The position numbers and the translations under genes were made by a program. From Terriglobia bacterium (GTDB lineage: Bacteria > Acidobacteriota > Terriglobia > JAJPHL01 > JAPKYU01), in NCBI GenBank assembly GCA_965223005.1, contig CBDCVK010000010.1, positions 1,376,001-1,440,000 on the forward strand: a stretch of 64,000 nt of DNA, in the 5' to 3' direction. Positions within the stretch are counted from its first letter, which is position 1; each line of letters starts with the position of its first letter. Below, piece after piece: positions 1 to 7,903 of this stretch. The notes beneath the pieces were generated by a model, which searched no databases, was not told where the DNA came from, and saw only the letters and a list, made by a program, of their open reading frames with translations.

Positions 1-86
1 CGCAGGGAAATTGTCAAAGTACTTGCCTGAGCCCGAGGGCAGGCCCGAAGGCCTCCCCGATTCGAACCAACGAGCGAGGTTTTCAG

Positions 87-566
87 ATGAAGATTCGAAA
101 AGTGCAGATCTGCATCATTGTGAAGGACCTGGAAGCGGCTATGGAGAAATACCAGCGCCTGTTCGGAGTTGGACCCTTTTCCGTCTATACGGTCGACACA
201 TCGAAGATGCGCGGAGTCACCTACCGCGGACAGCCCGCGAACTACCTGGAGCGGTTGGGCATCGCCAATTTCGCCGGCGTCCTGCTGGAACTTCTCGAAT
301 TCCAAGGAGGCGAGAGCATCTACAAGGAGTTTGTGGACAAGCACGGCGAAGGCGTGCAGCACATCGGGCTGGTTGTCGAGGACTATAAGGTTGCTTTCCA
401 ACAGATGCTCGACCAGGGATTCCACCACTCTCAGGGCGGTCCGATTGAGGGTCTAAACAGAGACGGGAGCTTTGACTTCTTCGACACCGAGCAGCAGATG
501 GGAACTACTTTCGAGCTACTGGACTTCCCGGAGCAACTGGCGGCGAGCACGAACCTGGAGGTGTGA
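87..566 (+). CDS. VOC/glyoxalase family protein (methylmalonyl-CoA epimerase-like)
   Basis: VQICIIVKDLEAAM...LELLE...GEGVQHIGLVVED...FFDTE...FELL pattern of VOC family; AGG RBS upstream. Confidence 0.8.
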   Translation: MKIRKVQICIIVKDLEAAMEKYQRLFGVGPFSVYTVDTSKMRGVTYRGQPANYLERLGIANFAGVLLELLEFQGGESIYKEFVDKHGEGVQHIGLVVEDYKVAFQQMLDQGFHHSQGGPIEGLNRDGSFDFFDTEQQMGTTFELLDFPEQLAASTNLEV

Positions 567-638
567 ACCGTGCCGGCCAAGTAGCAAGCAGCCTGCATTG
601 GCCACGCCTGATCTTTGGAACTACAGGAGGTGGACATC

Positions 639-2309
639 TTGAGCTTTTCCCGTCGTAGATTTCTGAAAGGACTGGCCGTTTCTGCAACAGTACCCGCGGC
701 TCCGGCACGAACGGAGCAGGCCACGACGCCAGATGTATGCGTTAAACCGCAAAAGGAAACACACGAATTCGACGTGGTGGTCATCGGCGGCGGATCGGCA
801 GGTTGCGTCGTAACTAATCGGCTTTGCGAAGGGTCGAATCTTTCGGTTTGTCTGGTCGAAGGGGGACCAGATTACGGACCTGTGAACAGTGGTCAGTGGC
901 CGGCGGAGTTGCTGGACGTCCGATATCCGCCCCCTACGCACGACTGGGGATACTTTGAAGAGCGCTGCGGCAGCAGGATCGCACCGGAATCCCGTGCAAG
1001 AGTGATCGGCGGGTGCTCCTCACACAACATGGGCGCAGCAATGTGGGGACTGCCCGACGACTACGACCGGTGGGCGCGCGCCGGGAATCCCGGTTGGACT
1101 TACGCAGAACTCCAGTCGGGCATCGATCAAGTCGAGAAGGCCAGCAACGGTCCGGCGGCCTCGTATCGCGGCCACGATGGGCTGCTGCCCACCCAACTTC
1201 TTACAGACACGCAACTGAACCTTTGGTCGCGGTCATTTTTAGAATCAGCCCACGCGGCTGGGTTCGAGCGACTGCACGATTTAAGCGCTCCACGTCCAAC
1301 TGAAGGTGTAGCGCCTCTCCATCTTAGCGCCCGCAATGCGGTTCGCTGGAACGCGGCGGTCGCCTTTCTAGACCCCGTCCGGAAGCGGCGCAATCTTACG
1401 ATTCTCGACAATTTCTTGGCAGACCGGTTGTTGATTCACCAGGATAAAGCTATCGCGCTGCTCGGCCGGCGTGGAGACAACGTGGTGGAATTGCGCGCAT
1501 CGCGGTTTGTCTTCTGCGCCGGGACCTACGGTTCGCCTGCGATTCTCATGCGCAGTGGCATCGGTCCGGCAAAGCACCTTACGGAATCGGGAATAGCGGT
1601 GCAGATGGAGTTACCGGGGATCGGGCGGAACTTGCAGGACCACCCTGGTGTGGTCGTGCTTTTCCAGCGCACACGGGTGGCCAGCAAGGCGCTCAAAGAA
1701 GAGCTCGCCAGCTGCCGGTTCTATGCGGCCCAGGCCATGCTGCGCGTGCGCAGTCCCTACGCGCAGGATGGGTTTGACCTGCATTTGCCGGCCGTGCAAC
1801 GCCTGAACGGGAATGGGGAGTGGATCTCCGCCGTTGTGGTCTTCAACGTGGCGCCACGCTCACGCGGCCAGGTCCAGTTGCTTGGGCCCGAGCCGCAATT
1901 GCCGCTTCGCATTCAGAAGAGATTTTTGACCGATCCAGAGCAGCAGGACATTGCCGCGCTTGCACACGGGATACAGGTAGCCCGTCGGGTGGCACGCCAG
2001 AAGCCCTTGGCAGGTGCCGTTGCCCGAGAAGTTTTCCCGGGGGAAACTGTCCGAAAAGAAACTGAGGTTCACGCCTATATTCGGCGGATGCTAAGGAACT
2101 ATAACCACGCCTGTGGGACGTGCAAGATGGGCCCCGGCTCCGACCCCGCCGCGGTAGTCGATAGTTCTGGGCGGGTGCACGGCATCTCAAATGCATGGGT
2201 CGCGGACGCCTCCATAATCCCGCACATTCCGCGGGTCCCTATCAATTTGACCTGTATGCTCATCGGGCTGCGCATCGCCGATAAACTTCTGTCGCGGCGT
2301 ACCGGCTGA
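639..2309 (+). CDS. GMC family FAD oxidoreductase with Tat-like N-terminus
   Basis: GGGSAG FAD motif, RARVIGGCSSHN, GRNLQDHP, YNHACGTCKMG, VADASIIP; start moved to TTG 639 (AGGAGG just upstream), giving MSFSRRRFLK. Confidence 0.85.
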   Translation: MSFSRRRFLKGLAVSATVPAAPARTEQATTPDVCVKPQKETHEFDVVVIGGGSAGCVVTNRLCEGSNLSVCLVEGGPDYGPVNSGQWPAELLDVRYPPPTHDWGYFEERCGSRIAPESRARVIGGCSSHNMGAAMWGLPDDYDRWARAGNPGWTYAELQSGIDQVEKASNGPAASYRGHDGLLPTQLLTDTQLNLWSRSFLESAHAAGFERLHDLSAPRPTEGVAPLHLSARNAVRWNAAVAFLDPVRKRRNLTILDNFLADRLLIHQDKAIALLGRRGDNVVELRASRFVFCAGTYGSPAILMRSGIGPAKHLTESGIAVQMELPGIGRNLQDHPGVVVLFQRTRVASKALKEELASCRFYAAQAMLRVRSPYAQDGFDLHLPAVQRLNGNGEWISAVVVFNVAPRSRGQVQLLGPEPQLPLRIQKRFLTDPEQQDIAALAHGIQVARRVARQKPLAGAVAREVFPGETVRKETEVHAYIRRMLRNYNHACGTCKMGPGSDPAAVVDSSGRVHGISNAWVADASIIPHIPRVPINLTCMLIGLRIADKLLSRRTG

Positions 2310-2380
2310 ATCCTCGGGGGTCACATCGCCCCGATAACCAAAGATTAAAGCCGGAGTTTCCGTTCTAAGGCCAGTACAGG

Positions 2381-2860
2381 TCAGGTGTCTTTTTCCTGTT
2401 CGCGATGGTGGCCGATAAGCATTAGTACAAGTTGTGCCTGAAGGCGTCCTAGTGGGCCACTGGAATATGTTGCATTGAACACTTTTCGATCGCGCAAGAT
2501 GAAATTGGCAGGTTGGAAGTAACCGTGCTCACTATCAAAGTAACCACCGATCTTGTCGGCTTCTTTCCGCACATCCAGCCCGTAAATTACCGGAAAAGTG
2601 AGGTTGTGCTTTTCAACCATTTTTCGCCCGTGTTCCTCTTTATCGACCGATAATGCGACGAGGCCGATACCTCCTTTCCTGAACTCTTCCTGATGTCCAC
2701 CGAAGTCTGCCAACTGCAGATTACAGAAGGGTCACCAATGTCCACGATAGAAAAGCACAACATTCCATTCTTGTCTCAAATCTTCGGGGATCGTCAAACT
2801 ACTCCCGCCCACAACAGGACCGCTCACATTTGGGAATAGGTCGCCATTATCCAGTCTCAT
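2381..2860 (-). CDS. Selenocysteine-containing AhpC/TSA (peroxiredoxin-like) redoxin, UxxC motif, 159 aa
   Basis: ATG at 2860 with GGAGG RBS; reads MRLDNGDLFP...VVLFYRGHW-TGA(2734-2732)-PFCNLQLADF continuing in frame into ORF 2381..2713; TGA replaces the first Cys of the family WCPxC motif; hairpin downstream. Confidence 0.9.
2706..2720 (-). promoter_or_regulatory. Bacterial SECIS-like hairpin of the redoxin gene
   Basis: TGA + 11 nt (CCCTTCTGTAA) + TCTGC-AGTTG-GCAGA, perfect 5-bp stem with GU in the loop. Confidence 0.7.
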
Positions 2861-3068
2861 AGAAACCTCCTGCGGCAGAACGCAGATTTAACCGGAATTT
2901 CCATTATGGCCTCCCGACGGGAGGAAGTGTAGATAAAGATATAGAGAACACCAGATCAACACGAAGGCCCTGCTCCGGAAAGTTTCATGCGGCGGAGCAC
3001 CGCGCGCCCTGTGGAAAGGCGCAGGGGCAGGGGCTGATGATGTATACTGCCGGCGGGAGTCAGCGTAT

Positions 3069-5027
3069 ATGGCGAAGCAGCGCAACGGCAGACTCACGAC
3101 GCCGCTGATCCGCGAGAACGGCAGCCTCCGTCCTGCCAGTTGGGAGGAGGCGCTCAACCGGGCGGCGGAAGGCTTTCAAACGGCGGTTCAAAAGCGGGGC
3201 CCGCAGACGTTCGGGATGTTCAGTTGCTCCAAGACCACCAACGAACTGAACTTCCTGGCCCAGAAGTTTGCCAGGACGGTTATTGGGAGCAACAACATCG
3301 ACAGTTGTAACCGAACTTGACACGCCCCCAGCGTCGTCGGTCTGGCGACAGTATTTGGGGCGGGCGGGGGCACCAGCTCCTACCGGGAAATTGAGGAAAC
3401 CGACCTCATCATTTTGTGGGGGTCCAACGCCCGGGACACGCATCCCATCTTCTTCCATCACGTGCTGAAGGGAGTGCAGGAGGGCGCAAAGCTGTTGGTG
3501 GTGGATCCTCGCCGCACCAGTTCCGCACAATGGGCGGACCTGTGGCTGGGGCTGGATGTCGGCGCCGACATCGCGCTGGCCAACGCCATGGCCCGCGAGA
3601 TTTTGGTTTCGGGTCTGGAGAACCGTGGCTTCATCGAGCGCGCGACCAGCGGCTTCGACGAGTACCGCGCTTGCGTGGAACGCTACACGCTCGAATACGC
3701 CGAGCAGGTTTGTCGCGTGCCGGCGGCCCAGATTCGGGAAGCTGCCCATGCCTACGCGAAGGCGGAACGCGCACAGATCTGCTGGACACTGGGTATCACT
3801 GAGCACCACAACGCCGTGGACAATGTACTGGCGCTGATCAATCTGGCGCTTCTCACCGGGCACGTCGGCCGCTACGGGTCCGGTTTGAACCCGCTCCGCG
3901 GGCAGAACAACGTGCAGGGGGGCGGCGACATGGGTGCCCTTCCCGACCGATTGCCCGGCTTTCAGCACGTGGAGAATGACGGGCTGCGCGGGAAATTCGA
4001 GCAGGCCTGGGGAGTAAAGGTGCCGGCTAAACACGGCTGGCGCCTGAACGAAATGTTCGACGCCATGGAGCGGGACGAGCTGAGTGCGCTGTACGTGATT
4101 GGAGAGAACCCTGCTAACTCTGAAGCCGACCAGCATCGGGCCATACGGCTTCTCGAGGGATTGGAGTTTCTGCTGGTCCAGGATCTCTTGCTCACCGCCA
4201 CCGCAAAAATCGCCGACGTGGTTCTGCCGGCGGCTGCGGGGTGGTGCGAATCGGAGGGGACCGTCACCAGCAGCGAGCGCCGAGTGCAGCGGGTGCGGCG
4301 AGCTCTGGACTCACCTGCCGAGGTCCGCGACGACCTGGAAATCCTGTGTGAGCTGGCGAGGCGCCTGGGCCATGAGTGGGGCCAGCCCAGCGCAGAGAAC
4401 ATTTGGAACGAAGTACGTCGTCTGAGCCCGATGCATACGGGCATGAGCTATGCCCGTCTGGAGCAAATGGGTGGAATTCAGTGGCCCTGCTATGACGAGT
4501 CGCACCCCGGTGAACTGTATTTGCATGGCCGGCTCTGGGCCACTCCGTTGGTGGGCCCCCGGGCGCCGTTCAGCGCGGTCGAATACGAGCCGCCTGTGGA
4601 TCGCCTGGATGAGCAGTACCCGATTCGGCTGACCACTGGCCGCCGCCTGGATTCCTACAACACAGGCGTTCAGACCGCCCGCTACACCTCCCCGCTGCGC
4701 CGGGGTGAGACGCTCGATCTGTCTGCGGAAGATGCCCGACGGTACGGCATTTCCGAAGGTGAGAAAGTGCGCATCAGCTCCCGTCGCGGATCGGTGGTGG
4801 CGCCAGTTCGGTTTGATACCGGCTTGCGCCCCGGCCTGGCGTTCATGACGCTGCACTTCCCCGATGAGGTGGCCACTAACGAATTGACCCTGGACGCCGT
4901 GGACCCGAAGTCCGGAACCTCGGAGTTCAAGGCCACCGCGATTCGCATCGATAGGCTAGACAGAAAGCTGGACGCCACGCCGCAGGCTGACGCCACGCCG
5001 GCTCGGGAAGCGGTCAAGTCCACATAA
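3069..5027 (+). CDS. fdhF: Formate dehydrogenase catalytic (Mo/W-bisPGD) subunit, selenocysteine-containing, lacking the N-terminal Fe-S domain
   Basis: ORFs 3069..3320 and 3414..5027 are in one frame joined by TGA 3318-3320: NNIDSCNRT-U-HAPSV matches the FDH active-site C/U-H motif; PLRGQNNVQGGGDMG, EGTVTSSERRVQR, TTGRRL motifs. Confidence 0.93.
3333..3349 (+). promoter_or_regulatory. SECIS hairpin of the FDH gene
   Basis: TGA + 12 nt + GTCGTC-GGTCT-GGCGAC (6-bp stem incl. one G-U); closely resembles the E. coli fdhF UGA context/SECIS. Confidence 0.8.
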
Positions 5028-5045
5028 TCAGCAACGGAAACCTAA

Positions 5046-6893
5046 TTGGACCTTCACTTTACCTCGGCCGAACCCACCACGGAGGAAAGATCGGCGGTTG
5101 ACCAGGCACTTGCGTCATCCAAGGAGACGGCCCGTCACCTGCTCTTGCCGGTCTTGCATTCCATCCAATCGCGGATCGGTTGGATCAGCGCGGGCGCCCT
5201 CAACTATGCCTGCCAGCGCCTCGAGGTTCCTCCGGCTGAGGCTTTCGGGGTGGCGGATTTCTACGGGTTGTTCTCGCTCACGCCGCGGCCTCCGAAAGTG
5301 GTGCACGTCTGCGATGACATTTCCTGCCAGACCCGCGGAGCTGCCGAGTTGTGTGAGCAACTGGAGCGCACCCACGGCCCGGCGGGGGCGCCGGGCGTAG
5401 ACGGCCGCGCCACCTGGCTGCGAAGCCCCTGCCTGGGTTTGTGCGAGCGCGCACCGGCGGCGCTGGTTTCGGCTGCCGGGGAGACCCCATGGGAGAAGGT
5501 GCTGGCTCCAGCCAAGGCGGAAACGGTCCTGGGGATTTTGAGCGGGACTAAGGCGACGGAGGAAGGTCCACCGGACGTCTTTGATGCCAGCGTTTCAGTG
5601 CCGCAGGCTGGCCAGCCCCTCTACGTGGAGCTGCGCTTGCTCGGTCGCATCGGCAAAGGGGACCCGGAGAGCCTCGACGACTATAAGTCCCAAGGTGGCT
5701 ACCAAGCGCTCGAGCGGGCGCTGGCCATGGGTCCGGAGGCCGTGGTCCGTGAGGTGACCCAATCCAAGTTGTTGGGCCGAGGCGGGGCTGCGTTTCCGGC
5801 CGGCCAGAAGTGGAGCGCGCTGTGTGCGAGCCGGTCTGCGCAGCGCACGCAGTACCTGGTCTGCAACGCCGACGAGTCCGAACCGGGAACTTTCAAAGAC
5901 CGCGTGCTCATGGAGGGAGATCCATTTGCCATCGTTGAGGCGATGACGATCGCCGGTTTTGCCACCGGGTGCGAGCGCGGTTATCTGTACATTCGCGGCG
6001 AATACCCGCTGGCCACCGAGCGGCTGGCGCACGCCATTGGCGCAGCCCGGAAACAGGGATTGCTGGGTGAAGACATCCTGGGACGCGGCGTCCGCTTCGA
6101 CATCGAGATGCGGCGCGGCGCGGGCGCCTACATCTGCGGCGAGGAGACGGCGCTGTTCAATTCCATTGAAGGCTATCGTGGAGAGCCGCGAAACAAGCCG
6201 CCGTTCCCGACCCAGGTGGGGCTGTTCGGCCAGCCCACGCTGGTGAACAACGTGGAAACGCTCGTCAACGTGCTCGGGATCGTGCTGGAAGGTGGCGGCG
6301 CCTACGCCGCCCTGGGGACCGAGCGCTCCACGGGCACCAGGCTGTTTTGTCTTTCCGGCCACATTACGCGTCCCGGCATTTATGAGACCCCGTTTGGCAC
6401 TACGCTCGGTGAGTTGATTGATCTGGCTGGTGGAGTCGGGGGGAGCGGAAAGCTGCAGGCAGTGCTGCTGGGTGGCGCGGCGGGTGCCTTTGTGTCGCCC
6501 CAGGAGATGGACATCCCCCTGACGTTTGAGGGAACCCGCGCCAGGGGAGTCACGCTTGGCTCCGGCGTCGTAATGCTGTTTGACGACACGGTCGATCTGG
6601 CAAAGATCCTGCTGCGGATCGCCGCTTTCTTCCGTGATGAATCTTGCGGGCAGTGTGTCCCGTGCCGGGTCGGAACGGCCCGGCAGGAGGAACTGTTGCA
6701 CCGGCTCGCCAGTGGCAGCCTCTTGGGGCAGCGCCAGGACGAGCTGGCCCTGCTGCGGGAAATGGGGCAGGCGATGCGCGACGCTTCCATCTGCGGATTG
6801 GGGCAGACCGCCTCGAGCGCCATCGAGTCGGCTCTTGCTCGCTGGGAACTGTTCGGGGCCACTGGGAGCCGTCCAGGAAAGGAGGCAACGTGA
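5046..6893 (+). CDS. NuoE-NuoF-like fused diaphorase subunit (2Fe-2S + FMN/NADH + 4Fe-4S) of NAD-linked FDH
   Basis: CDDISC...CLGLC (NuoE), GRGGAAFP, CNADESEPGTFKDR, GAGAYICGEETAL, ESCGQCVPCRVG, SICGLG (NuoF). Confidence 0.9.
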   Translation: MDLHFTSAEPTTEERSAVDQALASSKETARHLLLPVLHSIQSRIGWISAGALNYACQRLEVPPAEAFGVADFYGLFSLTPRPPKVVHVCDDISCQTRGAAELCEQLERTHGPAGAPGVDGRATWLRSPCLGLCERAPAALVSAAGETPWEKVLAPAKAETVLGILSGTKATEEGPPDVFDASVSVPQAGQPLYVELRLLGRIGKGDPESLDDYKSQGGYQALERALAMGPEAVVREVTQSKLLGRGGAAFPAGQKWSALCASRSAQRTQYLVCNADESEPGTFKDRVLMEGDPFAIVEAMTIAGFATGCERGYLYIRGEYPLATERLAHAIGAARKQGLLGEDILGRGVRFDIEMRRGAGAYICGEETALFNSIEGYRGEPRNKPPFPTQVGLFGQPTLVNNVETLVNVLGIVLEGGGAYAALGTERSTGTRLFCLSGHITRPGIYETPFGTTLGELIDLAGGVGGSGKLQAVLLGGAAGAFVSPQEMDIPLTFEGTRARGVTLGSGVVMLFDDTVDLAKILLRIAAFFRDESCGQCVPCRVGTARQEELLHRLASGSLLGQRQDELALLREMGQAMRDASICGLGQTASSAIESALARWELFGATGSRPGKEAT

Positions 6894-7876
6894 GTTCTGA
6901 AGCACCCTCGCCTCTGACACCCGTACCGGCCGGCCCGTTGCCCGTGATTCCGGCGTCGCGTTCCAGGCAGCCGATTGAGATCACCATTGATGGCCAGACC
7001 CTATCGGTGCCGGAAGGCACCACGCTGCTCGAAGCGAGCCGCCGTCTGGGAATCTCCACGCCCACGCTCTGCTATCTGGAAAACCTGACGCCGGTCAATG
7101 TCTGCCGCATCTGTGTCGTGGAACTGGAAGGCTCCAGAGTCCTCGTGCCAGCCTGTTCGCGAAAGGCCGAACCGGGGATGTTGGTGAAGACCGATAGCGA
7201 GCGGGTTCGTTTGAGCCGCCGCCTGATCCTGGAGTTTCTGGCCTCCTCGGTGGACGTTTCCACTGCGCCCCAATTGCAGGCATACATGGAGCAATACGGG
7301 GCGCGGCCGGAGCGGTTCGGCCCCCCAGCGGCCGCATCGGGCGCGGGCGTGCGCGATGCCGCCCGTCCGGGCGTGCACCCGCCGCCCGCGGAAACAGCCG
7401 CGGCCTCGGTGGGGCAGCCGGTCAAGGTAGACAACGATCTCTACGTCCGCGATTACGGCAAGTGCATCCTCTGCTACAAGTGTGTGGAGGCTTGCGGCCG
7501 GGACGCGCAGAACACGTTCGCCATCGCCGTTGCCGGGCGCGGATTTGACGCGCGGATCTCGACCGAGTACACCGTGCCGCTGCCGGACTCGGCCTGCGTT
7601 TACTGCGGCAACTGCATCGGGGTCTGCCCGACTGGGGCGCTGATGTTCAAGCGCGAGTATGACATGCGACAGGCGGGAGTCTGGGATGAGTCCAGGCAGA
7701 GCGAAACAGATACCATCTGCCCCTATTGCGGCGTGGGCTGCACGGTGACCTTGCGGGTCCAGGACAACCGGATTGCACGTGTGACTTCCCCTCTCGATCA
7801 GGACGTGACGCGCGGCCACCTGTGCATCAAGGGCCGCTTTGGGTGGCAATTCGTCGATCCATCAGGGTCTCCCTAG
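6890..7876 (+). CDS. Fe-S subunit of FDH (2Fe-2S, 2x[4Fe-4S], C-terminal Molybdop_Fe4S4 domain)
   Basis: GTG 6890 overlapping the upstream TGA, AGGAGG RBS; PTLC..CRIC..PAC, CILCYKCVEAC, CVYCGNCIGVCP, TICPYCGVGC...HLCIKGRFG. Confidence 0.88.
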   Translation: MSSEAPSPLTPVPAGPLPVIPASRSRQPIEITIDGQTLSVPEGTTLLEASRRLGISTPTLCYLENLTPVNVCRICVVELEGSRVLVPACSRKAEPGMLVKTDSERVRLSRRLILEFLASSVDVSTAPQLQAYMEQYGARPERFGPPAAASGAGVRDAARPGVHPPPAETAAASVGQPVKVDNDLYVRDYGKCILCYKCVEACGRDAQNTFAIAVAGRGFDARISTEYTVPLPDSACVYCGNCIGVCPTGALMFKREYDMRQAGVWDESRQSETDTICPYCGVGCTVTLRVQDNRIARVTSPLDQDVTRGHLCIKGRFGWQFVDPSGSP

Positions 7877-7903
7877 AAAACTCAACTTTGCTTAGCGTCG
7901 TGA

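Noticed and set aside
2314-2334. Intrinsic terminator between GMC and redoxin genes
   Set aside because: TCGGGG/CCCCGA hairpin present but no convincing U-tract on either strand
2995-3045. Fluoride riboswitch (ACCGC...GCTGATGA)
   Set aside because: Lacks the 5' GGnGATGG..CnCC stem/pseudoknot and no fluoride-related gene follows
3069-3413. FDH as a nonsense pseudogene or two separate genes
   Set aside because: The TGA falls exactly on the metal-ligand position and is followed by a SECIS-like hairpin
5595-6920. Long antisense ORFs (e.g. 5595..6920, 3060..4136, 12945..14045, 17637..18815, 43413..44633)
   Set aside because: Shadow frames of well-supported genes in GC-rich DNA; no recognisable motifs
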